Shown in pieces: positions 47,569 to 58,591 of a stretch of 64,000 bases of DNA. This DNA is from Candidatus Poribacteria bacterium (GTDB taxonomy: Bacteria > Poribacteria > WGA-4E > WGA-3G). The stretch is from NCBI GenBank assembly GCA_965197475.1, contig CBDANF010000003.1, positions 1,216,001 to 1,280,000 on the forward strand, in the 5' to 3' direction. Made by a program: the position numbers and the translations under genes. Numbering within the stretch: position 1 is the stretch's first letter; each line of letters starts with the position of its first letter. The notes under the pieces are model-generated. The model saw nothing but the letters and a program-made list of their open reading frames with translations, did no database searches and had not been told where the DNA came from.

Positions 47569-47904
47569 ATGTCACAATTTATAAAAGCCGCGACAACCGA
47601 ACAGATACACCCAGGTACCTGCATCGGTGTCAAGGTTGAAGGTGTTTTTATCGGTATCTATAATGTTGAGGGTGAGTATTACGCAATGAATAATATCTGT
47701 CCACATCTTGGTGGAATTCTGACTTACGGTTTCATAGACAAAGGGTGTGTTACTTGCCCGATGCATATGTGGGAGTTTGATGTGAAAACCGGCAAATGTG
47801 TTTGGCCAGGTGAAGAAAGTCTACCTATCTATCCCATTAAAATTGAGGGTGAGGATATCTTTGTAAATGTGGACGAACCGATGAATATGGACAAACCGCA
47901 GTAG
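47569..47904 (+). CDS. Rieske [2Fe-2S] ferredoxin
   Basis: CPHLG...CPMH. Confidence 0.92.
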   Translation: MSQFIKAATTEQIHPGTCIGVKVEGVFIGIYNVEGEYYAMNNICPHLGGILTYGFIDKGCVTCPMHMWEFDVKTGKCVWPGEESLPIYPIKIEGEDIFVNVDEPMNMDKPQ

Positions 47905-47964
47905 GTACGATAAAAACCGATAGGCGTGAGTGCATCATTGAGCCTATTACAAGGAGAAAACAGT

Positions 47965-48918
47965 ATGGCATATCTGCTCACCGGTGGCATGGGATGCATC
48001 GGTACTTATGTTATCCGCGACCTATTGGCTGCCGGTGAAAAGGTGGTTGTTTACGATTTCACTTACGACCTCACTATTCCAAAGATGGTGCTAACGGATG
48101 CGCAAATTGAAGGTTTTTCATTCGTGCAAGGTGACATTACCGACTTGCCGCACGTCTTACGCACCGTTCAAGAACATGAAATTGATCGGGTTATACATCT
48201 TGCTTCGTGGCAGGTGCCAGCGTGTAATGCTAACCCACTACAGGCGTTGAAGGTCGTGTGCGAAGGAACGATTAATATATTAGAAGCGGCGCGTATTTTC
48301 AAGCTCAAACGCGTTGTGTGGGCAAGTAGTGTAGCGGTGTTCGGTGCACCAGAGGATTATAACCATCAACAGATTCTCAACGATGCCCCCCACTATCCTA
48401 AGTTTATCTACGGTGCCTGCAAATCTCTCAATGAAAGATATGCGATGCACTATTTTGATGCTTACGATGTTGATTCAATCGGTCTTCGGTTTACGGCAGT
48501 CTACGGTGTTGGTAGGACGCGAGGGATGAGTTCGTTCACAACAAAAATGATTGAGGCTGTGGCGATGGGAGAACCGCACGTGTGTCCGTTCGGTGATGAT
48601 GCAGTGGATTGGCAATATGTAGAGGATGTCTCGCGTTCCATCGTCATGGCATGCACTTGCCTAACGACGAAGACCCGCGTCTTCAACGTCAAGGGGGGCA
48701 TCCGCCCCGTAAAAGAGGGTGTAGCGTATCTAAAAACTATAGTGCCGAATGCACAGATCACACTGGAGCCAGGAGTGTTCGGTATCTCGTGGGATTATGA
48801 CGCAACGGCTATCGCAGAGGAAATGGGATTTACGCCTGCCTATACGATGGAACAGGGAATTCTAAAAACGTTTAATCAATTTCGGGAGCGCGCTGGATTG
48901 GAATTAGTTAAATTTTAA
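47965..48918 (+). CDS. NAD-dependent epimerase/dehydratase
   Basis: Motifs TGGMGCIG, ASSVAVFG and YGACK. Confidence 0.9.
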   Translation: MAYLLTGGMGCIGTYVIRDLLAAGEKVVVYDFTYDLTIPKMVLTDAQIEGFSFVQGDITDLPHVLRTVQEHEIDRVIHLASWQVPACNANPLQALKVVCEGTINILEAARIFKLKRVVWASSVAVFGAPEDYNHQQILNDAPHYPKFIYGACKSLNERYAMHYFDAYDVDSIGLRFTAVYGVGRTRGMSSFTTKMIEAVAMGEPHVCPFGDDAVDWQYVEDVSRSIVMACTCLTTKTRVFNVKGGIRPVKEGVAYLKTIVPNAQITLEPGVFGISWDYDATAIAEEMGFTPAYTMEQGILKTFNQFRERAGLELVKF

Positions 48919-48920
48919 CT

Positions 48921-49490
48921 TCATCTGTTTTTTACATGAAGTACTCCTTTTTCTCTAAATAGATTGTAAATTTTAGTGCTGATTTCAGGTGGTGTCTCTG
49001 GGTCCGAGTAGAGAGCAATTAGAATTTGGTGTGACTGTGGAACGTTGATTGTTGCAAGTCCAGAGATTGCACTCCAAGCATAAACTTCATTTATGTTTTC
49101 GGGATGCTCTAAAATTTCCTGCCATAGTAGGATAAGCCGTTCTTTTTTCTGATGAGATAAAGCCTGGAGCGCGCGTCTTCGGATTTTTTCATCGGAACTT
49201 GTTTTGTATAAGTACAATAATGCGTCAACAGTCAAATCATCATGCTGTTTGTTGACAAACTCGTTCCAACGTTTTTCTCGAAAAGATAAAGGTCCCGATC
49301 CGCACCAATTGAATGATGGAGGCGGGATTCGCTTCTGAATTCCTGCTACTTTTTCCACCACGAAAACGGATGTACTGTTGTATTTATACAGTTGTCGTTC
49401 CGCTTCCTTTTCTTCTAAGTAAACGGAACGACAATTAACAGAAAATAGACCAACCGAGGGAATTAGGACGATGACAAAAACCCTATTCAT
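48921..49490 (-). CDS. Hypothetical lipoprotein-like protein with HEAT-like helices
   Basis: Hydrophobic N-terminus ending SVNC; IRRRALQAL. Confidence 0.55.
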   Translation of the reverse strand: MNRVFVIVLIPSVGLFSVNCRSVYLEEKEAERQLYKYNSTSVFVVEKVAGIQKRIPPPSFNWCGSGPLSFREKRWNEFVNKQHDDLTVDALLYLYKTSSDEKIRRRALQALSHQKKERLILLWQEILEHPENINEVYAWSAISGLATINVPQSHQILIALYSDPETPPEISTKIYNLFREKGVLHVKNR

Positions 49491-49552
49491 GTAAACCTCT
49501 CGGATTTTTGAAAGAGCGTATAGCAATCGGAAAAAATTAGGAGGGTTTTCGG

Positions 49553-50264
49553 TTAATTAATGATGTTCGGTTCCATCTGCCCGATTTTTAAGATGTCAGA
49601 TACATCTCCATTGACGCGAAATCTCGCAAATAGGGCGACAGTCAAGTTCACCATCTCCACGCTTTTTGAAACGATAATAGACTTTCGCTTAAATCGTCCG
49701 AACCAATGACGCATCCGACAATTGTTTCGCTCAATCCCGTGCGTCTCTTTTTTGTCTGAACTAACTTATTATTGGGAATCACGGATCGGTAGGCATGCCA
49801 GTCATCGGTGTAATACACCTTCACAGACCAGTTTTCCAAACGTTCAATGAGTTTCTTCAAGGTTGCTTTATCCCGATGACCACACTCCCATGCGATGAGT
49901 TCTCCGGTATCACGACACAACGCTTTCCAAATCCAGAGTTTCTGCTTTTTTTCAGATAGTGCCATATCTCATCAAGTTCAAGCACGACAGCGTCTGCTTG
50001 GGGTTCTGGTGTGTGTGTGTTGGGTGCCAAAGTGGCGTATCCATGAGAGGATGGTGCTGGGGGAGGCACCAAGGATTTTTGCGATCGCATTCATCGAAAG
50101 TCCATGGCAATAGAGAAAGACGGCGAGTGCGCGTTCAGCGAGGGGTCTCCCTCGGTGTGTTTTCTCGGTCCATTGGTAGTGGCATTCTTTACACTTATAG
50201 CGTTGTTTTCCTTGACGAACCCATTTTTGAGGAAGTGTTCGTGTTGACATTTTGGACAGTTCAT
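49553..50264 (-). mobile_element. IS1-family transposase (insA/insB), frameshifted
   Basis: Motifs MNCPKC, GKQRYKCKEC, ELDEIWHY, LWIW and YYTDDW; A7G slippery site plus additional indels; ends not resolved. Confidence 0.85.
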
Positions 50265-50326
50265 AACAGGAAACTCCTTGTGAAGTTATGAGTGATTTGC
50301 CTAAGGATACCGCGTCTGTTTTTTTC

Positions 50327-50355
50327 TTGACATTTTTTCGGACTTATGTTATAAT
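50327..50355 (+). promoter_or_regulatory. Consensus sigma70 promoter
   Basis: TTGACA-N17-TATAAT with an extended -10 TG. Confidence 0.75.
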
Positions 50356-50465
50356 TTTTTGATACTTGGACAAGTATGGGACAAGGGCGTTATGAGGGAC
50401 CTTTATCTCATCATTATTTCACCGAAAACCCTCAAACTAATAACAAAACTTTCAGGAGGCTTATT

Positions 50466-51200
50466 ATGATGATGTTAAAGCGAAGTTTGGCATTCAGTTG
50501 TGGACTCTTGTTTTTTTTCGGGCTCAATGCGTTTTGCGACGTGTGGTACAGTGAGGATTTTGACAACTTCAAAGAGGGTGACATCGCTGGGCAAGATGAA
50601 TGGAAAACGGCAATGAACTCAAAAACTTGCCAAATTGGAAGCGAGGTGAAGCGCGGTAACATAGGCAAAAGCATTCTGGTCACAGAAAACACAATGGTCA
50701 GCAGAAGTTTTGAAGGTACCCATGATGGAATTCAGTTTGTTTCATTATTCACGCAGCGGGAAGAGGGTGTAGGCACAATGCTGTTTTATATCGGTGGAGA
50801 TGCCATCAAGTGGGGAGCGGCTGCCGTATTTAATATTCCGCAGGATGGCACTATCCATGCGTTAGACGGCATTGCAGGACAACAAGTAACGCAGGGGGAA
50901 CTGGGTGAATGGCATCATTTCCGCATCGTGCTTGACTTTAAAGATAAAACTTATGACTTTTACGTCGATGACGAACTCGTCGCCGATGATTTCGGTTTTA
51001 GAGGTGAGGGTGGCAAAGGCGGCGTGAATCCGGAGCTAAGCTGGATCTTTTTCGGTCAGAACAAGCTCGATGCTCTGACCGCTTATATTGATGACATTGA
51101 AATGGGAGACGGTGAGGGCGAAACGGCTGGAAAACCTGCAGCGGTTTCCGTCTCAGACAAACTCGCGACCACTTGGGGAAGAATCAAGCGGCGATTGTAG
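50466..51200 (+). CDS. Secreted ConA-like protein with KLATTW tail
   Basis: Signal peptide, EWHHFRIVLD..YDFYVD, YIDDIE; tail VSVSDKLATTWGRIK. Confidence 0.78.
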   Translation: MMMLKRSLAFSCGLLFFFGLNAFCDVWYSEDFDNFKEGDIAGQDEWKTAMNSKTCQIGSEVKRGNIGKSILVTENTMVSRSFEGTHDGIQFVSLFTQREEGVGTMLFYIGGDAIKWGAAAVFNIPQDGTIHALDGIAGQQVTQGELGEWHHFRIVLDFKDKTYDFYVDDELVADDFGFRGEGGKGGVNPELSWIFFGQNKLDALTAYIDDIEMGDGEGETAGKPAAVSVSDKLATTWGRIKRRL

Positions 51201-51459
51201 CATTTGTTCATGCGATGGTCAAAGTCTGTCAGTTGACGGTCAGAGCCATTCAGTTCTCTGGTCAGGTTTTACTCCAGGCCGGTAGGTGCGGTTTTCTAAC
51301 CGCACCGGATCCTCAAAAAAAGGCGAAAAACCGCAAGATCAAACTGTCCACCTCGGCGTTTGAAGTCTCTGAAGGCATCATCGAAACCTCGGAAAATTAG
51401 AACTAACCGTTTAAGTAGATAACGGTATGAAAGAACGGTTATGTTGTGGCTTCAAATTA

Positions 51460-51580
51460 ACGTGAGTTCGAAAAATGCCGTAGGGAATCAACGGCGAATG
51501 CGCTTATGGCATCCATCCAAATCAACGCAGCGTGCGCGTATGGCACGCTGCGGGGTAGAACTAACGTGAAACCCACAGGT
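51460..51580. repeat. IS982-type MITE end with REP and two nested hairpin modules
   Basis: ACGTGAGTTCG..TGCCGTAGG as at 9721. Confidence 0.6.
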
Positions 51581-51678
51581 GTCAACCATTTAGATGCTCA
51601 TGTAAAAAGTGTGTGCGGTTGTTTTTAATGAAGGCAATGGCCACGTGGGTTAAACTTTTTCATTTGTACTCATTCTTA

Positions 51679-51750
51679 ACATGAGCCAACTCTTTATGCG
51701 TGACATGAGCTAACTCTTTATGCGTGACATGAGCCAACTCTTTATGCGTG
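51679..51750. repeat. 24-bp tandem repeat, three copies
   Basis: ACATGAGC(C/T)AACTCTTTATGCGTG x3. Confidence 0.9.
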
Positions 51751-52032
51751 GAGAGCATTCAAATGCGTTTGAGAACGTTCACACCGTCCCAACATACGAA
51801 AAAGGCACACATCCAAATATCCAGATATGGAAAATCAACTATCCTGAGAATATCAAGCCTCACCCCAAATACCTCGCAACAGAATAACAAAGTGCAGTGA
51901 CCTTCCTACAATATAGGGTGGCGCATATTTGCCAAAATATCATGCGCTCTTTTTCCTTGCCAATTGTCACATCTTCTGATAAGATAATTGCACATAACAG
52001 TCTTGCTGCAAGAGGAAAGAGGAAACACTTTA

Positions 52033-53490
52033 ATGTCCGATAAACCACATGTATTACTAATTTCCACAGACCATTGGCCCAACTCGTTACTTGGAGTCAG
52101 TGGGCATCCAAATATCCAAACACCAACACTTGACTCGCTTGCACGCGCAGGCACGCGCTACACACGCGGCTATAGCGAATGCCCTGTTTGCGTTCCAGCG
52201 CGAAAGACGTTGATGACTGGGACAACGACACGCACACACAAAGACAGAGTTTTCAATGACCGGAAGGGAATTAACGGACTCCCGACAATCGCACAGACAT
52301 TTAGAGATGCCGGGTATCAGGCTCACGCAGTCGGCAAACTACATGTCTATCCCCAACGTGACCGCATCGGATTTGATGATGTGCAGTTAGGCGAAGAAGG
52401 TAGACTACAATACGGTGTGATTGACGACTATGAACTATTTCTTGGAGACAGAGGCTACGCCGGGCAACAGTTTGCACACGGCATGTGCAATAACGATTAT
52501 CTCAACCGTCCTTGGCACCTTCCTGAAGATTGCCACGTCACCAACTGGAGCACGCAACAGATGGTGCGCCAGATTAAACGCCGCGACCCAACCCGCCCTG
52601 GATTCTGGTTCTTGTCCTATTGCCATCCGCATCCACCTTTGGCACCACTCCAATGCTATATGGACATGTATCGAAACATTGATATAGACATGCCTTATCA
52701 CGGTGAATGGTCGAAGGATACTGAAAAGTTACCTTTACCGCTAAAATCCAAACAGATGGAGAATTCGCTTTACAATGAGGACTTAATCCGTTCTGCACGT
52801 CAAGCCTTTTATGCACTTTGTACACACATTGACCATCAATTGCGCGTTGTTATCGGAACACTGCGCGAAGAAGGACTGCTAAACAACACGATTATACTTT
52901 TTACTTCGGATCACGGTGATATGCTTGGCAACCACAAACTTTGGGCGAAACGTCTCTATTACGAGGATTCTGCTAACGTTCCGATGATTCTTGTTGGCAC
53001 TGCAGGCGATAAACGTGTTGGACACCATAGGGTTGATGACAGACTTGTCGGATGGCAGGACGTTATGCCTACGCTACTTCATCTCGCTGGTGTTGAAATT
53101 CCAGATACAGTTGACGGGATTCCGATGGTTGGCGACCAAAAACGTGAATGGTTATACGGCGAAGTCGGCGATGGTAGTAGTGCTACCCGAATGATTCATG
53201 AGGGACGCTATAAACTTATCTACTATGCCACCGGAAACTACCGACAACTTTTTGATTTGGAAGAGGATCCGAAAGAACTAAACAACTTGTCCGATTCACC
53301 CGCGCATGCTGAAATGCTGGATCGGTTGACGAACCTCCTGATAGGTGAACTCTACAGAGGTGATGAAAAATGGGCACAAGATGGAGAACTTGTTGGTTTA
53401 CCTGATCGTGCCTATTATCCATCTGGAAACCGCAGCTTATCAGGGCAGCGCGGGCTTCACTGGCCACAGGCTCCGTCTACAGGGTGCTGA
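52033..53490 (+). CDS. Formylglycine-type sulfatase
   Basis: Motifs CVPARKTLMTG, GKLH and TSDHGDMLG. Confidence 0.93.
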   Translation: MSDKPHVLLISTDHWPNSLLGVSGHPNIQTPTLDSLARAGTRYTRGYSECPVCVPARKTLMTGTTTRTHKDRVFNDRKGINGLPTIAQTFRDAGYQAHAVGKLHVYPQRDRIGFDDVQLGEEGRLQYGVIDDYELFLGDRGYAGQQFAHGMCNNDYLNRPWHLPEDCHVTNWSTQQMVRQIKRRDPTRPGFWFLSYCHPHPPLAPLQCYMDMYRNIDIDMPYHGEWSKDTEKLPLPLKSKQMENSLYNEDLIRSARQAFYALCTHIDHQLRVVIGTLREEGLLNNTIILFTSDHGDMLGNHKLWAKRLYYEDSANVPMILVGTAGDKRVGHHRVDDRLVGWQDVMPTLLHLAGVEIPDTVDGIPMVGDQKREWLYGEVGDGSSATRMIHEGRYKLIYYATGNYRQLFDLEEDPKELNNLSDSPAHAEMLDRLTNLLIGELYRGDEKWAQDGELVGLPDRAYYPSGNRSLSGQRGLHWPQAPSTGC

Positions 53491-53637
53491 TTGTCTCTAC
53501 TAAATGTGGTATCCTTTTAACGGAGAAGGGCATTATTCGTGGGTTTATAACCGCCTCATTCCCCAGGACGGTAGGCGCGGTTTCTAACCGCGCCATGCAT
53601 CTTATGAAAATACCGAAATAGGACCTTCTAAAAAAAT

Positions 53638-55245
53638 ATGGCAAAAAAGAAGTCAGACACAAACGCGAATAAAAACGGTGCAACGCTCGGCTTTGAAGCG
53701 ACTTTATATCAAGCAGCTGATAAACTCCGCAACAACATGGATGCTGCCGAATATAAGCATGTAGTGTTAGGGTTAATTTTTCTCAAATATATCTCGGATT
53801 CTTTTGAGGAAAAGTACAATTTTCTGCTGCAAGAATATGCAGATCCTCAGAGTGAACTTTATACTACAGAGGAATACGACCCTTATGCGTATGCAGAGGA
53901 TAGAGATGAATACTTGGCAGAAAACATCTTTTATGTGCCGAAGGAAGCGCGCTGGTCATATTTGCAAGCTAACGCAAAGCAAGCAGAAATTGGGAAACTG
54001 ATTGATGACGCGATGCATGCAATTGAACAGGAAAACCCACGGCTCAAAGGTGTTCTGCCCAAGAACTATGCACGACCGACGCTTGACAAGCGAACACTTG
54101 GTGAACTCGTTGACCTCATCGGCACAATCGGTTTAGGCGAAGAAGAGAATCGCTCAAAGGATATATTGGGCAGAGTTTATGAATATTTCCTTGCACGGTT
54201 TGCCAGTGCCGAAGGCAAAAGAGGAGGGCAGTTTTACACCCCTCGCTGTGTTGTGCAGCTGCTTGTTGAAATGCTCGCGCCATATCAAGGACGGATTTAC
54301 GACCCGTGCTGCGGTTCAGGCGGGATGTTTGTCCAAAGTGAGGAATTCGTTGAAGCACACGGGGGGCAGCGCGATGATATCTCCATCTATGGACAGGAGT
54401 CTAACCCAACTACACGGCAATTGGCACTAATGAACCTCGCTATTCGCGGAATTGAGGCGAATCTCGGACAGGAATACGCTGACAGTTTTCACGACGATCA
54501 ACACCCAGACCTGAAAGTTGATTACATCCTTGCCAATCCTCCCTTCAACAGTAGCGACTGGGGCGGTGACCGATTGCGTGAAGATAAACGTTGGACTTAC
54601 GGCACGCCACCTACCGGCAACGCTAACTTTGCTTGGGTACAGCACTTTATCTATCACCTTGCACCAAATGGGATCGCTGGGTTTGTGTTGGCGAACGGTT
54701 TAATGAGTAGTAATACCGCAACCGAAGGCGAAATTCGTAAGAACATTATTGAAGCAGATTTAGTTGATTGCATGGTCGCGTTACCCGGACAGCTTTTCTA
54801 TTCCACATCCATTCCCGTTTGTCTATGGTTTATCGCAAGGAACAAAGAAAACCACCGCTTTCGCAAGCGAACAGGTGAGACACTTTTTATAGATGCCCGC
54901 AGATTAGGAAAGATGATTGACCGCGTACACCGTGAGTTAACTAATTCGGAAATGACACGTATTGCTGAAACCTATCACGCATGGCGCGGTGATGAAGGCG
55001 CAGGTGAATATAACGACGTGCCCGGTTTCTGTAAAAGTATAATGCTTGCAGAAATTCAAGAGAACGGTAACGTTCTGACTCCCGGCCGCTACGTCGGCGC
55101 AGAAATAGTGGAAGAGGACGACGAACAATTTGAAGACATAATGGTAGACTTGACTGAGAAATTAACTAAACAGATGGCAGAAGCGAGACGATTAGATGAT
55201 GCCATACGTGAAAATTTGCAGATGCTCGGATTTGGAAATGAATAA
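53638..55245 (+). CDS. hsdM: Type I R-M methyltransferase subunit
   Basis: Motifs [15 protein letters not shown] and ANPPF. Confidence 0.96.
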   Translation: MAKKKSDTNANKNGATLGFEATLYQAADKLRNNMDAAEYKHVVLGLIFLKYISDSFEEKYNFLLQEYADPQSELYTTEEYDPYAYAEDRDEYLAENIFYVPKEARWSYLQANAKQAEIGKLIDDAMHAIEQENPRLKGVLPKNYARPTLDKRTLGELVDLIGTIGLGEEENRSKDILGRVYEYFLARFASAEGKRGGQFYTPRCVVQLLVEMLAPYQGRIYDPCCGSGGMFVQSEEFVEAHGGQRDDISIYGQESNPTTRQLALMNLAIRGIEANLGQEYADSFHDDQHPDLKVDYILANPPFNSSDWGGDRLREDKRWTYGTPPTGNANFAWVQHFIYHLAPNGIAGFVLANGLMSSNTATEGEIRKNIIEADLVDCMVALPGQLFYSTSIPVCLWFIARNKENHRFRKRTGETLFIDARRLGKMIDRVHRELTNSEMTRIAETYHAWRGDEGAGEYNDVPGFCKSIMLAEIQENGNVLTPGRYVGAEIVEEDDEQFEDIMVDLTEKLTKQMAEARRLDDAIRENLQMLGFGNE

Positions 55246-55254
55246 GGAGGAAAA

Positions 55255-55503
55255 ATGACAGTAAAAGAATTAATGGCACTTCTCGAAAAATATCCTGACG
55301 ATTTACGAGTTGTTGTCAACGGTTATGAAGATGGTTATGATGATATCTTACCAGAACGGATTTCCACCAGAAAAATACAGTTAGATGCTGGAACTCACGA
55401 CTGGGAAGGAAAACACAACGATCCGCCTTATGAAACTGAAGCAACAACAGATGATGCCAAGATTGTAGAGGCTTTGGTTTTTCACCGCGCGCCATATTAT
55501 TAA
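55255..55503 (+). CDS. Small acidic hypothetical protein
   Basis: 82 aa MTVKELMALLEKYPDDLRVVV; AAGGAGG RBS. Confidence 0.75.
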   Translation: MTVKELMALLEKYPDDLRVVVNGYEDGYDDILPERISTRKIQLDAGTHDWEGKHNDPPYETEATTDDAKIVEALVFHRAPYY

Positions 55504-55521
55504 AATTGAAAAGGATCTAAT

Positions 55522-56736
55522 ATGAAAAGTGAGCGGGTTAAAACCACCCTTGGTAGCTTGTTGTCACTCTCCAATGGTAAATCTAGTCCTGAACGCTCCA
55601 ACGACTTGCCATACCCTGTTTATGGCGGTAATGGGGTTATAGGATTCGCCGACGAGACGAATTCCAATCCTGGTACAATTATTATCGGGCGTGTTGGTAG
55701 TTATTGTGGCTCTGTACACTTTAGCGATAATTCTTGTTGGGTAACTGACAATGCTATTCGGGCTAAGGCAATGAACGGAAACGATCCAAGATTTCTTTTC
55801 TACATGCTTCAAACCCTTCACTTGAATAATTATCGGGCAGGTTCGGGACAACCATTACTTAATCAGACTATTCTTTCGCAGATATATGCAACTATTCCCG
55901 CGCCTTCTGAACAACGCCGCATCGCTCACATCCTCGGCACACTTGACGACAAAATTGAACTCAACCGACAGATGAATAAGACGTTAGAAGCAATGGCAAG
56001 GGCAATTTTCAAATCGTGGTTTGTAAACTTTGACCCCGTAAAAGCAAAAATGGAGGGACGCAAACCTGTATGCATGGATGTCGAAACTGCTGCCTTATTT
56101 TCATCTGCGTTCCAGGATTCTCCGCTGGGGAAAATTCCACGGGGATGGGAAATTGGCACACTTGGCGAGATTGCAAAAAATGTTCGGAAAAGTGTAAAAG
56201 CAAATGAAATTGACTCTAGCGAATGTTTTATCGGCTTAGAACACATGCCGAGGCGAAATATCGCGCTCTCTCAATGGCAAGTAGATGCTGAAATCGCAAG
56301 CAATAAGTATCGTTTCAGAAAAGGTGGAATTCTTTTTGGCAAACTTAACTCACATTTCCACAAGGTTGGCGTTGCGCCTATTGACGGGGTTTGCTCAACT
56401 GACATTTTAGTAATTCAGCCAATTGATGCGGGGTGGTTCGGAGTTGTTTTAAGTCTTATATCCAGCGATAATTTTGTTGCTTATACCACTGCATTCTCGA
56501 AAGGAACTACATTGCCACGAACAAATTGGAAAGACATGTCAAATTACAAAACCGTACTACCTAAAGTTGAAATTGCCCATAAATACTCTGAATTCATACA
56601 ACCAATTATCAAAAGAATTATTGAAAATATTCATCAATCCCACACCCTTTCCCAAATCCGTGATACACTGATGCCGAAGTTATTATCCGGCGAAATACGC
56701 GTAGACGATGCAGATGAGATATTGGAGAAAATTTAG
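55522..56736 (+). CDS. hsdS: Type I R-M specificity subunit
   Basis: Two TRDs; EQRRIAHILGTLDDKIELN; RDTLMPKLLSGE. Confidence 0.95.
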   Translation: MKSERVKTTLGSLLSLSNGKSSPERSNDLPYPVYGGNGVIGFADETNSNPGTIIIGRVGSYCGSVHFSDNSCWVTDNAIRAKAMNGNDPRFLFYMLQTLHLNNYRAGSGQPLLNQTILSQIYATIPAPSEQRRIAHILGTLDDKIELNRQMNKTLEAMARAIFKSWFVNFDPVKAKMEGRKPVCMDVETAALFSSAFQDSPLGKIPRGWEIGTLGEIAKNVRKSVKANEIDSSECFIGLEHMPRRNIALSQWQVDAEIASNKYRFRKGGILFGKLNSHFHKVGVAPIDGVCSTDILVIQPIDAGWFGVVLSLISSDNFVAYTTAFSKGTTLPRTNWKDMSNYKTVLPKVEIAHKYSEFIQPIIKRIIENIHQSHTLSQIRDTLMPKLLSGEIRVDDADEILEKI

Positions 56737-57960
56737 ATGTCTCAACAGACTGTCCCCCACATTGAGTCATTGCGTGTAAAAAACTACCGCGCACTACGAG
56801 ATATAGAATTGAAACAACTTAAACCGTTAACTGTCTTTTTAGGAGCAAACGGGAGTGGGAAATCAACGTTCTTTGATGTGTTTGCGTTTCTCGCTGAATG
56901 TTTCACAGTCGGGTTACGTCAAGCGTGGAATAAAAGAGGTGGGTTTAAAGAACTGAGGACTCGCGGAAGTAATGGACCGATTGAATTTAAGTTGAAATAT
57001 CGTGAGGAACCTGGTACTCCAATTATCACCTACCATCTTTCTATTGACGAAAACGCTGAAGGTCCCTTTGTTGGTACTGAATGGCTGCAATGGCGGCGCG
57101 GTAGTCGAGGAAAACCGGTTCGCTTCCTTGATTTTCATCGGGGGATAGGAAGCATCATTGCCGGCGAAAAACCAGATGAAGCAGATACTCGAACTGATGA
57201 ACAATTTGATGATGCCTCAATGATCGCTGTGAGTACGCTAGGGCAATTAACAAGGTATCCCCGCGTGAGTGCTCTTCGCCGCTTTATTACAGACTGGCAC
57301 CTCTCCGATCTTTCCACCGATGCTGCACGCCAAGCAACCGACGATGGACCGCAAAAGCGGTTATCCGAAACAGGAGACAACCTACCCAACGTTATTCAGT
57401 ATCTGCAGGAAAGATACCCAGAACGTCTGGAAAAAATTATATCGGTTCTATCAGATCGGGTGCCGCGCTTAGAAAAGGTGGACACAGAATTAATGATGGA
57501 TGGCCGCCGCTTGCTAAAAATTAAAGATGCGCCGTTTGAGCAACCCATATTAGCAAAGTTCGCCTCCGATGGCACATTGAAGCTGCTATCCTATCTAACT
57601 CTATTTCATGATAGACAACCACCACAATTGATCGGTATTGAGGAACCTGAAAATTACCTACACCCGCGCCTGCTAACCGGTTTAGTAGGAGAATGTCTTG
57701 AAGTGTCAATGATGTCTCAACTCATAATTACCACACATTCACCCCGTTTTGTCAATGAACTTAGTGCTGATGAGGTGTGGGTGTTGTATCGAGATGAGCA
57801 AGGTTTCACGGTGTGCAAACGTGCGTCGGAAATGCTGGGAATAGAGCAGCTTTTGGATGCAGGTGCAAAGTTGGGAAAACTCTGGATGGAAGGTTACTTT
57901 GAATTCGGTGACCCGTTGACCAATGCAGGCGGTCCAAAGCGGGGTGTGCATGCACATTAA
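56737..57960 (+). CDS. ABC-type (AAA_15/AAA_21-like) ATPase
   Basis: Walker A GANGSGKS, signature SDGT, Walker B IGIEEPE, H-loop TTHSP. Confidence 0.9.
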   Translation: MSQQTVPHIESLRVKNYRALRDIELKQLKPLTVFLGANGSGKSTFFDVFAFLAECFTVGLRQAWNKRGGFKELRTRGSNGPIEFKLKYREEPGTPIITYHLSIDENAEGPFVGTEWLQWRRGSRGKPVRFLDFHRGIGSIIAGEKPDEADTRTDEQFDDASMIAVSTLGQLTRYPRVSALRRFITDWHLSDLSTDAARQATDDGPQKRLSETGDNLPNVIQYLQERYPERLEKIISVLSDRVPRLEKVDTELMMDGRRLLKIKDAPFEQPILAKFASDGTLKLLSYLTLFHDRQPPQLIGIEEPENYLHPRLLTGLVGECLEVSMMSQLIITTHSPRFVNELSADEVWVLYRDEQGFTVCKRASEMLGIEQLLDAGAKLGKLWMEGYFEFGDPLTNAGGPKRGVHAH

Positions 57961-58573
57961 ATTCTTCTTGGAGGAGTTATCTGCTGAAGAAGCTTTAACG
58001 CATATCTTACCAAAAATTTTGGCAGACGATGTCAGTTATGAATTCCATGTCTCTGAAGGAAGAGACGATCTGCTTGAAGAATTACCAAAGCTATTGAGAG
58101 GACACCAATGGATACCCGATGATTGGCGAATTGTCGTACTTATTGATGAAGATCGGAAAGATTGTCGCGAACTGAAAACATATTTAGAAAAGGCATCACG
58201 CGAAGCGGGTTTTGTGACAAAATCCAGTGCGATTCCGAACGAAGATTTTCAAGTTGTCAATCGAATAGCAATTGAAGAATTAGAGGCATGGTTTTTTGGA
58301 GATATTGAAGCCTTGCACGCAGCTTATCCCAGAATCTCAAGGAACCTCCACGCTAAGGCAAAATACCGGAATCCCGACGCAATCCAGGGCGGCACGTATG
58401 AGGCATTGAGAGACTTGCTCATTCAGAAAAAATACTTTACAGGACGGATATCCAAACCTACAGTAGCACAGAACATTGCACAACACATGGAACCGAGCCG
58501 AAACATATCGAAAAGTTTTCAAGTATTTGTTGAAGGACTCAAGGCATGCGTAGGAAAAGAATTGTTGGTGTAA
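57950..58573 (+). CDS. DUF4276-family (TOPRIM-like) protein
   Basis: Motifs FFLEELS, VLIDED, IEELEAWFFGD and NISKSF; overlaps the ATPase stop. Confidence 0.8.
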   Translation: MHIKFFLEELSAEEALTHILPKILADDVSYEFHVSEGRDDLLEELPKLLRGHQWIPDDWRIVVLIDEDRKDCRELKTYLEKASREAGFVTKSSAIPNEDFQVVNRIAIEELEAWFFGDIEALHAAYPRISRNLHAKAKYRNPDAIQGGTYEALRDLLIQKKYFTGRISKPTVAQNIAQHMEPSRNISKSFQVFVEGLKACVGKELLV

Positions 58574-58591
58574 CCTGCTTGGAGCAACAAC

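Noticed and set aside
49700-50264. Multiple programmed frameshifts or a phase-variable CA tract in IS1
   Set aside because: Only the A7G site fits known IS1 recoding. The other single-base indels lie in short runs and may be decay or sequencing error; the same caution applies at 3610, 9680 and 31400-31650.
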